Shown here: piece by piece, positions 20,403-28,970 of the stretch
Layout: every line of letters starts with the position of its first letter
Position numbering within the stretch: the first letter of the stretch is position 1
Source: a virus
Lineage: Duplodnaviria > Heunggongvirae > Uroviricota > Caudoviricetes
Virus record (IMG/VR): IMGVR_UViG_2740892274_000012
Direction: 5' to 3' (one strand)
Length of the DNA stretch: 43,496 nt
The notes under the pieces: generated by a model
What the model was told of the DNA's origin: nothing
The model's input: the letters and a program-made list of their open reading frames with translations, nothing else
Database searches by the model: none
Program-made: the position numbers and the translations under genes

Positions 20403-21183
20403 ATTCCTCCTCCCCGCCATGCATGATCTCCACCATGCGCTGCGTCATTCGGACAAATCCATTTTCAATAGCCTGCTGATAATCAATGATCACCAGCGCC
20501 GACTCCTCGAAAAGGCACTGAATTTCAGCGGGGGCATGAGCGTAATAGTCCGCAATTCTGCTGAAATTAAACACCGTGTGACGTTCTGCTGCACACAGGA
20601 GGAATTTCTCAATATCAGGATCAAGGGACGCCGAACGTATCCGGCTGATCAGCTCCTGAGTTTTCGTATCGTCGTACAGTTCACTGATATCCGGTTTACC
20701 GCCTGACGGCTCATAAACAGGCGTATCAATTTTCGTCGTATACGGCTCCTCCTCATTTCCTGTACCGGGCAAAACATCCGTCAACAGTTCATCAATTTCT
20801 GCCGGGATGAAGCCTGTCAGGGAGACATCAAAATCAGCATTGATTAGGTCCGACAGCTCCATCCGCAACAGATCTTCATCCCAGCCAGCATTCATCGGCA
20901 GGCGATTATCTGCCAGGCGGTACGCCTTTTTCTGCTCATCCGTCAGGCCAGACAGAACAATGACCGGAACAGAATCCATTTTGAGCATTTCAGCCGCCAT
21001 AACACGACCGTGACCCGCAATAATTTCGCCCTTTTCGTCAATCAGCACCGGATTAGTCCAGCCGAATTGCTTAATACTTTCTACCAGTTGTGCCACCTGC
21101 TCAGTACTGTGCGTCCTGGCGTTGTGCGCATACGGTGACAATTCTTGTAATGGGCGATAGACTATCTTTAATTTCTCGCTCAT
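20395..21183 (-). CDS. ParB-like nuclease domain protein
   Basis: 262-aa ORF whose N-terminus (...LSPYAHNARTHSTEQVAQLVESIKQFGWTNPVLID...GHGRVMAA...) resembles the ParB/Srx fold. Confidence 0.7.
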   Translation of the reverse strand: MSEKLKIVYRPLQELSPYAHNARTHSTEQVAQLVESIKQFGWTNPVLIDEKGEIIAGHGRVMAAEMLKMDSVPVIVLSGLTDEQKKAYRLADNRLPMNAGWDEDLLRMELSDLINADFDVSLTGFIPAEIDELLTDVLPGTGNEEEPYTTKIDTPVYEPSGGKPDISELYDDTKTQELISRIRSASLDPDIEKFLLCAAERHTVFNFSRIADYYAHAPAEIQCLFEESALVIIDYQQAIENGFVRMTQRMVEIMHGGEEEYA

Positions 21184-21320
21184 ACAGCCTTGCTTTATGA
21201 ATAAAACGCACCCCAGCAGCCAGTGCTACTGGGGGCGGAGGTGTTGCTGGTAAAGTTAGGTATTGGATCAATGAGTGAGTCAACATAATATTAAACTCAC
21301 AATTATAAATCAGCCATATA

Positions 21321-22778
21321 TTAGGAGCGCCAAAAAAAACCTGAAAACAATATAATAACAGGATAAATTTCAAGGCGACCAAGAATCATAGCTATGCACA
21401 TTAAATATTTTGCAATGTCATTAAGCACTCCGAATGACGATGCAGTAGCCCCAAAACCTAATCCCATATTATTAATACATGCAGCCACTGTTGCAAATGA
21501 TGTAAGAAAATCATATCCCATACCATTTAACACCAGTATAAAAAACACCGTGAAGAGAGTATAAAGAAAAAAGAAACTCCATACAGACCTCATTACACGA
21601 TCTGTAACTATCTTCCCTCCTACATTTACACTCAACAACGCTCTGGGATGAGAAAGCTGATTTATCTCGTGTTTGCTTTGTTTGAAAAGTATAAGAAATC
21701 GAAGTGACTTAATTCCACCACAGGTTGAACCTATACATCCCCCAAAGAAACTTGACAACAGCAAAAACACTATCGTGTGCGTGGGCCAGTTTGCATAATC
21801 CTGCGTAGCTAAACCATTATCAGTGAGCATGGAGCTGGCAAGAAAAAACGAATGAATAAAACTTCCATGCAAGTCATACATACCTATATGCCAGACCTGG
21901 AAAGAGGTAACAATGATCACCCCTAAGGCTATTAACAGAAAGAAACGAAGTTCAATATCTCTGATTAAAGGTTTTATCGTTTTTCTGCTAATAACAATAT
22001 ACCAAAGAGTGAAGTTGAAAGCCGATAGCAGGGAAAAAGAACCAGCCACCAGCTCAACCAAATAGTTATTAAAATATCCGATACTCTCGCTATGAGTTGA
22101 GAAACCACCAAGCGAAACTGTGGAAATCCCGTGACAAATAGCATCAAACAAAGGCATTCCTGCAAGTCTATAACAGACAATACAAGCAATACCTAATAAA
22201 GAATAAGTTATCCACAGTGTCCGTGACGTATCGGCCAGGCGGGGAGTGAGTTTGTCATCCTTAAATGGCCCCGGCATTTCTGACTGATAAAGCTTTGCAC
22301 CACCAATACCCAATAATGGCAATACTGCAACCGCCAGAACAATAACTCCTAAACCACCTATAAAATTTAACTGTGACCGATAGTACAAATATGCCCGAGG
22401 TAATGAACTAACATCATCAATTACAGTTGCTCCTGTTGTTGTTATTCCAGAAACCCCTTCAAACAGAGCATCAATGAACGTTAAATTAAGTTCTGAGTCA
22501 ATCCATAAAGGGAATGCACTAATAACAGAAAACAAAATCCAAAACATTACAATTATAATAAACCCATCACGGGTACGTAATTGAATGCCAGATTTCTTAG
22601 TTGTATACCACGCTCCGCCACCAATGCAAAAAAATATAACGAAAGTTATAAAGAAAACGAACAGGCTTTTTTCTTTATAAAACAATGCTACAACCATTGG
22701 TGGCAACATTGAAAGACTATAGAGCCAAACCAGGAACCCACACATATGAGTAACAACTCTTACATGAGATGTATTCAT
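21321..22778 (-). CDS. trkG: Trk-system potassium uptake protein TrkG
   Basis: 485 codons from ATG at 22778 (MNTSHVRVVTHMCGF...); polytopic membrane protein with repeated pore-loop-like glycine motifs; visibly AT-rich; a TATAAT-containing upstream region. Confidence 0.85.
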   Translation of the reverse strand: MNTSHVRVVTHMCGFLVWLYSLSMLPPMVVALFYKEKSLFVFFITFVIFFCIGGGAWYTTKKSGIQLRTRDGFIIIVMFWILFSVISAFPLWIDSELNLTFIDALFEGVSGITTTGATVIDDVSSLPRAYLYYRSQLNFIGGLGVIVLAVAVLPLLGIGGAKLYQSEMPGPFKDDKLTPRLADTSRTLWITYSLLGIACIVCYRLAGMPLFDAICHGISTVSLGGFSTHSESIGYFNNYLVELVAGSFSLLSAFNFTLWYIVISRKTIKPLIRDIELRFFLLIALGVIIVTSFQVWHIGMYDLHGSFIHSFFLASSMLTDNGLATQDYANWPTHTIVFLLLSSFFGGCIGSTCGGIKSLRFLILFKQSKHEINQLSHPRALLSVNVGGKIVTDRVMRSVWSFFFLYTLFTVFFILVLNGMGYDFLTSFATVAACINNMGLGFGATASSFGVLNDIAKYLMCIAMILGRLEIYPVIILFSGFFWRS

Positions 22779-22915
22779 ATCTAAATATTCTTTCAATTAT
22801 AACCACCTTGCTGCAATATTATGATTATACTGTATAAAATTTAACTCCTCTTAGATCTTACTTCACTGTTCCTTATGAAACAATCATCAAAATGAATCAT
22901 ATTGTAGTTAAGATT

Positions 22916-23380
22916 TTACTTTAAACACTGCTCGGTTATGTATTGCTGAGCACCTTCAAGTTGGGCCTGCATCATTACCAGTCGTTCCCGGAGGGTGAAA
23001 TAATCCCGTTCAGCGGTGTCTGCCAGTCGGGGGGAGGCTGCATTATCCACGCCGGAGGCGGTGGTGGCTTCACGCACTGACTGACAGACTGCTTTGATGT
23101 GCAACCGACGACGACCAGCGGCAACATCATCACGCAGAGCATCATTTTCAGCTTTCGCATCAGCTAACTCCTTCGTGTATTTTGCATCGAGCGCAGCAAC
23201 ATCACGCTGACGCATCTGCATGTCAGTAATTGCCGCGTTCGCCAGCTTCAGTTCTCTGGCATTTTTGTCGCGCTGGGCTTTGTAGGTAATGGCGTTATCA
23301 CGGTAATGATTAACAGCCCATGACAGGCAGACGATGATGCAGATAACCAGAGCGGAGATAATCGCGGTTACTCTGTTCAT
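22916..23380 (-). CDS. i-spanin Rz
   Basis: N-terminal transmembrane segment then coiled-coil periplasmic domain; ATG overlaps the endolysin stop (ATGA). Confidence 0.8.
   Translation of the reverse strand: MNRVTAIISALVICIIVCLSWAVNHYRDNAITYKAQRDKNARELKLANAAITDMQMRQRDVAALDAKYTKELADAKAENDALRDDVAAGRRRLHIKAVCQSVREATTASGVDNAASPRLADTAERDYFTLRERLVMMQAQLEGAQQYITEQCLK
22975..23160 (-). CDS. o-spanin Rz1, embedded in Rz in another frame
   Basis: 61-aa ORF with lipobox ...LVVVGC... and a proline-rich mature part (...[15 protein letters not shown]...), fully inside Rz. Confidence 0.7.
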   Translation of the reverse strand: MRKLKMMLCVMMLPLVVVGCTSKQSVSQCVKPPPPPAWIMQPPPDWQTPLNGIISPSGNDW

Positions 23381-23874
23381 TGCTGACCCCACAAACAGAT
23401 TTCACGCTCAATCTCACGACGAGTCATGAGACCTTTCCATTGCTTACCGCCAGCATATGTCCAGCGACGTAGCTGATCACATGCGCCTTTGATATCGCCC
23501 TGGTTTATTTTGCGAAGAAGCGTCGATGTTCTGAAATTGCCAGCGCCCACGTTGTAAACGAACGAGTAAAGAGCGCCGCGCGTTGTTTCCGGTATATCGA
23601 CTTTGATGTACGGGTTAATTTGTCTGGCGACAGTGGCAAGGTCTTTATTCAAGAGTGTTTTGCATTCTGCTTTGGTATACGTTTTACCGAGCATGATGTC
23701 TTTTCCTGTATGCCCGTGACATACAGTCCATACACCAACAATATCTTTGTATGGTATGTAGCTGACACCTTCCAGACCATCGTTACCACTTGGGCCAGTG
23801 ATTAACACTGATGCTATAGCAATTGCTCCGCCACCAATAGCAGCAGCAACGACTTTTCGTAATGATGGAGGCAT
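23377..23874 (-). CDS. SAR endolysin (phage 21 R-type lysozyme)
   Basis: Weakly hydrophobic Gly/Ala-rich N-terminal signal-anchor-release segment followed by a lysozyme domain; start overlaps the holin stop. Confidence 0.85.
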   Translation of the reverse strand: MPPSLRKVVAAAIGGGAIAIASVLITGPSGNDGLEGVSYIPYKDIVGVWTVCHGHTGKDIMLGKTYTKAECKTLLNKDLATVARQINPYIKVDIPETTRGALYSFVYNVGAGNFRTSTLLRKINQGDIKGACDQLRRWTYAGGKQWKGLMTRREIEREICLWGQQ

Positions 23875-24089
23875 TATTCACCTCTCGCAGCCTTGCGCTT
23901 ATCTTCTTTAATCTTGAAATAAAGGTTTGTCAGGTACGTCAGCAGGCCAAATACCAGACTACCCAGCACACCGATTGCAGCCCACTGTGACGGAGTTACT
24001 CTATCGAGCAACTGTAAAAACCAGTAGCCAGCACTGCCTGCGGAGGTGCCGTAGGCAATGCCTGTTGAAATTTTGTCCATGGATTTCAT
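23874..24089 (-). CDS. Pinholin (S21-like) with dual-start MKSM motif
   Basis: 71 codons from ATG at 24089 with GGAGGTGAGG upstream; [29 protein letters not shown]...; two transmembrane segments. Confidence 0.85.
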   Translation of the reverse strand: MKSMDKISTGIAYGTSAGSAGYWFLQLLDRVTPSQWAAIGVLGSLVFGLLTYLTNLYFKIKEDKRKAARGE

Positions 24090-24191
24090 AGCCTCACCTC
24101 CGCACGGAACGGATGGCATAGTTATTATGTGTAGGCTTTCAGACACATCAATCAGAGCCTTAATTGATATATATGCTGGAGACGATGCAAT

Positions 24192-24215
24192 ATAAAAAGC
24201 TCGCCGTAGCGAGCT
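24192..24215 (-). terminator. Terminator-like hairpin downstream of the second lipoprotein gene (minus strand)
   Basis: Minus-strand AGCUCGC-UACG-GCGAGCU followed by UUUUUAU. Confidence 0.4.
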
Positions 24216-24340
24216 AATAAAATGTATTTCTCTGATATTATGTTTATTTGTATTAGCTCAGACTTGACATCACAGGTTTCGTATATAGAACATCATCAAA
24301 TCTGTCAGTTTGCTATGAATGAGATATAGTAATTGAAGAG

Positions 24341-24736
24341 CTAACCTCGCATGTCAAAGCCAGATTTCTGAAAATCTCTGTAGACTTCCGGATTGTTGAA
24401 GGCCGGAAATTTGGCTTTATGAGCTGCGGACTTTATCGCTTCGCAATAGGCTTTATCACCGTTACTGGTAGATATTTTTAACGCCGTGCCATCCTGAGAG
24501 AATTCCATATGCAACCTGCATTTTTTCCCTTTCCAGTTATGCGGCTCATCAAGTTTGGCATTAATTGCAGCTCTGATTCCCCGCGCTTGCGCCCCCCATT
24601 CATCCTGATCATCCCAGCGTCCTGAACTGCAACTACCTGTAGCAGTAGTTTTGTGGCAATCTGAAGGGTGTAAAGGTGTGCATCCCGCAACAAAACCGAC
24701 CCAAAAAGTCAACATAACGATTTTCTTTAATCCCAC
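24341..24736 (-). CDS. Lipoprotein, divergent TolA C-terminal domain-like
   Basis: Signal peptide with lipobox (…FVAGC); C-terminus ...KGKKCRLHMEFSQDGTALKISTSNGDKAYCEAIKSAAHKAKFPAFNNPEVYRDFQKS... parallels the upstream paralogue. Start appears to be GTG with GAGGAG upstream. Confidence 0.6.
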   Translation of the reverse strand: MGLKKIVMLTFWVGFVAGCTPLHPSDCHKTTATGSCSSGRWDDQDEWGAQARGIRAAINAKLDEPHNWKGKKCRLHMEFSQDGTALKISTSNGDKAYCEAIKSAAHKAKFPAFNNPEVYRDFQKSGFDMRG

Positions 24737-24886
24737 TTCTTGCTCCTCAATCCATTAAAATCTCAGCAATAGTAGTTGTTACGTCCGCCACTGGCTCAGA
24801 GCTGACTATCCGCTAAATTTAGCTCAGTGCCGTAGCTGTGTCAGAACAAACCTAAGCCGAAACCGTTTATTACAAAACAATAAATA

Positions 24887-25315
24887 TCAGGGTTTAAAAT
24901 CCAGCACCCCATTTTGAAATACTTTATATACTTCCGGCGAAGGGGGGGCAGGTATATCAGCATTCTTTATCGCATTCATCGCTTCACGACATAAATCGAG
25001 GTCTCCACTTTCTCTTTTAACCTCCAGTAGAAGGCCATTCGGGGCCATATGCATTCTCAGTGTACACTCTTTTCCTGAATACTTACTCGCATCCCCGAAC
25101 TGTTTTTCGATGGCGCTCTTGATTTGATGGGCATACAGACGGATATCCTCACTAACATCAGAAGTACGTTCAGATGAACTCACATACTGTGTCTCTATTG
25201 CTTTATCGGAGTAATATGATGTACGGTCATGATAATTTGTCGATACAGCATCAGTGCACCCGATAATAATCCCACTAATAATCAACGTAAGAATTGATGC
25301 GCTACGAAAACCCAT
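24887..25315 (-). CDS. Lipoprotein with TolA C-terminal domain (TolAIII)-like module
   Basis: Lipobox (…IIIGC); C-terminal ~85 aa (...YAHQIKSAIEKQFGDASKYSGKECTLRMHMAPNGLLLEVKRESGDLDLCREAMNAIKNADIPAPPSPEVYKVFQNGVLDFKP) closely parallels the E. coli TolA C-terminus as I recall it. Confidence 0.7.
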   Translation of the reverse strand: MGFRSASILTLIISGIIIGCTDAVSTNYHDRTSYYSDKAIETQYVSSSERTSDVSEDIRLYAHQIKSAIEKQFGDASKYSGKECTLRMHMAPNGLLLEVKRESGDLDLCREAMNAIKNADIPAPPSPEVYKVFQNGVLDFKP

Positions 25316-25345
25316 TTTTCCTCACATATGTCATATAGTAAAGGA

Positions 25346-25374
25346 TTATATATACCGTTGTTTTGGACGCTCAA
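25346..25374 (-). promoter_or_regulatory. Candidate sigma-70 promoter for the lipoprotein genes
   Basis: Minus-strand TTGAGC, ~17-nt spacer, TATATATAAT, then GAGGA and the ATG at 25315. Confidence 0.4.
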
Positions 25375-25903
25375 ACAGCGAATCAGATCAAATAAAACGC
25401 ACATTTGTTAACATTTACACAAAGTCTGCGTGGGATATTCTGAAAGAATATCCATAATGTGGAGAGAATCTATTGAAGTGCATGGTGCCGGGTGCCTCCC
25501 GGTGAACAAAATGTTCGTGATACCTGTCGGCGACAGAAAAGGTTAATGGTATCACCCCACCGCACAGGGGGATTCACCATGCAGGAGTTTTCTTAGCAAA
25601 CTCACTGCGCGCCCGGCAACTCCCAACCACATAAAATGCGGAGTTTGTGGCATTTATGCATATAACTCGCAGGAATTATCTTAAAAAACTGATGTCGATC
25701 CGGATTAAAAAGAAGCAGGTCATCATCAGATGACTGGAAAAAAGGAAAACAAAAAATACTCATCATACAGTTTTGATTGCAGGGATGAGCCTGCTATGCA
25801 CAATATGCAGAATATAAGCAAGATAAAAATATGCAGGCATATTATTTCGGATCTTGTTATTAACACAACCTTTTTAATAATCATTTGGCATACAATAAAC
25901 CAG

Positions 25904-25932
25904 CCCAAAAAGAACCGCCTAAACAGGCGGTT
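25904..25932 (-). terminator. Terminator-like hairpin (minus strand) downstream of tR'
   Basis: Minus-strand AACCGCC-UGUUUA-GGCGGUU followed by CUUUUUGGG. Confidence 0.35.
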
Positions 25933-26252
25933 GGTCAATACAAAGGATGCTTCGTCTTTATTATAGTAATCTGAGGCGTCGGGTGTCTTGTATCAGACAA
26001 CATATTGTCCCGCTAAACAGCGAATTACAAACCACCCTGCAATGATCTCTCATCTCATTTTATATGAGTTGACGACATCAGGATAACGCATCATCAGCCC
26101 CTGCCAAGAAATATCAAAACTCCCGCCAGCAATGTGTTATCACAATATTGTAAAAAAAACACAGCACCGAAACTATAACTGGTCTCTGTTATAATTTGGA
26201 GCAGAAAGACCAGTTGCCCAACTAGCAGCATTCTCCCCTGCTTTCCTGACGT

Positions 26253-26279
26253 AAAAAAACCGCATTAAGCGGTTTTTTT
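26253..26279 (-). terminator. Candidate tR' late terminator (bidirectional hairpin)
   Basis: aaaaaaaCCGCattaaGCGGttttttt, a perfect hairpin flanked by A and T tracts, about 80 nt downstream of the putative Q stop. Confidence 0.55.
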
Positions 26280-26309
26280 ACGATGTCCATGTCTGCAATC
26301 CGCCTCGCG

Positions 26310-26345
26310 ATACAGCTTTGCGAAGCATAGCAAAATTGAAGCAGT
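26310..26345 (-). promoter_or_regulatory. Candidate late promoter pR' (extended -10) and Q-utilisation region
   Basis: Minus-strand TGCTATGCT (TGn + TATGCT) about 40 nt before the tR' hairpin, immediately after the putative Q gene; no good -35. Confidence 0.3.
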
Positions 26346-26359
26346 TTATACGTAAGAAA

Positions 26360-26902
26360 TCAAGCCATTTTCTCAGCAAATGATTCACGCATGGGAATAT
26401 ATAGGGCATACTCAGCAACAGCTAACCAATTAGCAATCCGTTTTTCGCATGTGCTAAAACACCACTCTGGGTGTGCATCATTTAGCAATTCAGCCATTTT
26501 GCGCTTAGTCATCCCCCGCCCTTCATAGCGTTGCCGGAGAATGCAAATCAATCCTGGATGCTCTGCCAGCACCTCACTTATGACTCGATCAATACATAAC
26601 GCCTCTGCATCAGTACAATGCGCCAGCCAGCTCTTTTGCTTGCCGTTGATCATCTCTCGCAAAAACGCTTCCAGCTCAGCTTTCTCTATTCCCGCTTTTT
26701 TCATTCTGCGCAGGGCTTCATTAATGGCTGTTTTCGTCAGTTTTTTGGATGCCAACAACTGATTGAACATATTCCCTGACCTGCCACCGCCAATATACGA
26801 CCAGCGCCCCCACATACGTAGTTTTCCCTGAATCCAGACACTTTCCAGCGTGGTGAGGCGAAGGTGTTCTCCGCTTTTTCCTGTATTCGTTGGGTAAATC
26901 AT
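26360..26902 (-). CDS. Putative late antiterminator Q
   Basis: 180-aa ORF directly upstream of the promoter/terminator pair and the lysis cassette; assignment mainly positional. Confidence 0.55.
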   Translation of the reverse strand: MIYPTNTGKSGEHLRLTTLESVWIQGKLRMWGRWSYIGGGRSGNMFNQLLASKKLTKTAINEALRRMKKAGIEKAELEAFLREMINGKQKSWLAHCTDAEALCIDRVISEVLAEHPGLICILRQRYEGRGMTKRKMAELLNDAHPEWCFSTCEKRIANWLAVAEYALYIPMRESFAEKMA

Positions 26903-27189
26903 AAATGACCTTTCTTTCTCCAGATTTCTTGTGTGCGAAAAACCCCTTCAGCATGCATCAGGCGCAATTCTTCTTTGGTGTAATCGCTGGTTTTTACCCG
27001 CCCGTCGATTAGATCGTGGCATGAGCTACAGGCTATCGCCGCCTGCATATCATGTGGTTTTGTCGCTGTTCCGCACGTCCCCGCCAGCCTGTAATGCGCC
27101 AGCACAGAGGTTTCGGGATTGTGATTGCAGTAGCCAGGGATTCTGATCTGGCACATCTGGCCTTTAGCCGCTTTACGTAAATTCACCAT
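26899..27189 (-). CDS. DUF1364-type (YbcO-like) nin-region protein, Cys/His-rich
   Basis: 96-aa ORF MVNLRKAAKGQMCQIRIPGYCNHNPETSVLAHYR... with C/H ligand pattern; overlaps the Q start. Confidence 0.55.
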   Translation of the reverse strand: MVNLRKAAKGQMCQIRIPGYCNHNPETSVLAHYRLAGTCGTATKPHDMQAAIACSSCHDLIDGRVKTSDYTKEELRLMHAEGVFRTQEIWRKKGHL

Positions 27190-27788
27190 TACGCAAACTC
27201 CAGTAGTTGTGCGGCCACATTTTCAACTTCCTCCTGAGAGGAGAATTTACGGAACAGAATCCAGTTCCACAGCACATTCAGTACAGATTTATAAACCTGC
27301 TGAAACTCGACTTCGTCCATATTCGCAAAAGCGATGGATTTTGCCCGACGCCCACGGCTACCGTCCGGATAAATATGCTCGGTGTAAAATCCGGCCTGAA
27401 TGGTTACCCACTCGCGGAAAGCCTCAAACGACTTTAGCAACGCCGTATCCCGGGTTCTACGAGTCGCAACGGTGTTAAGGTATTGCTCTGCGGCATCACT
27501 CAGGGCTGGCGTGTGTTCCCGACCAACTGATTCGCACAGGTAATCAACGAAACCAGACAGCAGTTCTCGTTCGCGAGGCGTGATCGCCCCACCGACCGGA
27601 GTCCAGTAATCGAATCCCAGTTGCAGGAGTTTGAAAAAACGCTTGTGGAATGCGTAGTTACGCACACGCTTAAAGTCTGCGTGTATCCACTCACCTATTT
27701 TGATTTGATGCAGAAAATCGCAACTCTCCGGCGTCGCCGGGAGAAGTAAACCAGAAGAGGTTTGTTTGACCAGTTGTATATGCGCCAT
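27189..27788 (-). CDS. DUF1367-type nin-region protein
   Basis: 199-aa ORF, stop overlapping the downstream start; conserved-looking lambdoid nin-region protein of unknown function. Confidence 0.55.
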   Translation of the reverse strand: MAHIQLVKQTSSGLLLPATPESCDFLHQIKIGEWIHADFKRVRNYAFHKRFFKLLQLGFDYWTPVGGAITPRERELLSGFVDYLCESVGREHTPALSDAAEQYLNTVATRRTRDTALLKSFEAFREWVTIQAGFYTEHIYPDGSRGRRAKSIAFANMDEVEFQQVYKSVLNVLWNWILFRKFSSQEEVENVAAQLLEFA

Positions 27789-28068
27789 TTCTCAATCTCT
27801 CGATGGCGCAGCGCAGCAGATGCCAGTTGTTCAGGCTGACGAATAAAGTATAAATAAACTGGCTATGGTGTAAAGCCCCACATAGCATGAACAAACACTA
27901 CATATCAAATAGCTGGTACAAGGATAGAAATACGACACTTATTATTAAAAACGATTAGATAAATTACATTTTAATGTTATGCAAAAGTTCTTTTTTATCA
28001 TAACATTTCAATAAAAGCATTACAGATGCAATCATCCCGTCATCATCAATTATTTAAGGTGGTTAAAC

Positions 28069-28155
28069 ATGGAAAATAACAAGTTCGCACATCTCGCTCC
28101 TTTTTTATCCGTAATCCTTTTCGCTTGTTGTTTTATATGGGCATTATTTTTATAA
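28069..28155 (+). CDS. 28-codon hydrophobic mini-ORF (candidate small membrane peptide)
   Basis: ATG 7 nt after TAAGGTGGT; MENNKFAHLAPFLSVILFACCFIWALFL; inside the AT-rich island; below the ORF-track size cutoff. Confidence 0.3.
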   Translation: MENNKFAHLAPFLSVILFACCFIWALFL

Positions 28156-28601
28156 AGTAGCCACATGATAAGTTGCTGGAATCATATTTCCCACTCAAGT
28201 CATTAACATTTGATAAGATATATCTAAAAGGACGCCTTTACATTATTTATGCGTATATAATTTATTTATATACACAGTAAAGGTATCCTGGGAAAATATT
28301 TATCGTTAAAAAATACATCATAAATAATTAAGCTGAAATTTCAGAACACAACTAATACACACAATAAGGTTCAGTAACAGTAATCTATGTGGACTACATC
28401 GAGATTTTTTGATTAAACTTTAATAACTTATTCCTAACACACAGAATGCATAAACTAAAAGTAAAACAAATAGTTATACGAAAAACAACCATATTTATTC
28501 TATCTTCTCCTCTAATCAACATATCAATTATGTGTTTCATAACAGCTTGACATAACCCTCCAAAAGATGCATTTTTAATGCATGTTTTGGAGGAGGTGGT
28601 T

Positions 28602-28940
28602 ATGACACACAAGAGAATTCCTAAAGATTGGGTAATCAAACGCTCAACTCCGTTCTTCACAAAAGAGAACGTACCTTCAGCGTTATTAACACATCATAAT
28701 ACAGCAGCAGGTGTTTTTGGGCAGTTGTGCGTAATGGAAGGCACTGTAACATATTATGGTTTTACTGATGAGAATGCTACTGAACCGGAGATAAAAGTAG
28801 TCATTAATGCTGGCGCTTTTGCAACAAGCCCACCACAATACTGGCACCGTGTTGAACTAAGCGATGATGCTCAGTTTAATATTAACTTTTGGGTCGCTCC
28901 AGACTTTTCGGGCGAAAAAGTCTATAGCACCAAAAAATAG
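28602..28940 (+). CDS. YeaR-like DUF1971 protein (accessory gene on the opposite strand)
   Basis: ATG preceded by GGAGGAGG; MTHKRIPKDWVIKRSTPFFTKENVPSALL...SPPQYWHRVELSDDAQFNINFWVAPDFSG parallels E. coli YeaR as I recall it. Confidence 0.7.
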   Translation: MTHKRIPKDWVIKRSTPFFTKENVPSALLTHHNTAAGVFGQLCVMEGTVTYYGFTDENATEPEIKVVINAGAFATSPPQYWHRVELSDDAQFNINFWVAPDFSGEKVYSTKK

Positions 28941-28970
28941 ATGATCATATTAAAAATGCTTTAACAGTCA

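Noticed and set aside
25726-25938. 70-aa hydrophobic minus-strand ORF (and overlapping plus-strand 78-aa ORF) in the AT-rich region below tR'
   Set aside because: Its first codons coincide with the terminator-like hairpin at 25904-25932, there is no SD, and the hydrophobicity is what AT-rich non-coding DNA yields on translation.
26140-26250. Plus-strand TATAAT at about 26200 that could drive a short antisense transcript into the bidirectional hairpin
   Set aside because: No acceptable -35 at 16-18 nt and no ORF; an isolated hexamer in AT-rich DNA is not sufficient evidence.
25316-26359. Possible tRNA genes between Q and the lysis genes
   Set aside because: I scanned for T-loop-like GGTTCGAATCC/GTTCAAATC motifs with an acceptor-stem complement and found none; a covariance-model search would be definitive.
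28394-28660. 88-aa minus-strand ORF overlapping the yeaR-like start
   Set aside because: Lies in the AT-rich leader and antisense to the yeaR-like SD and start; no translation signals.
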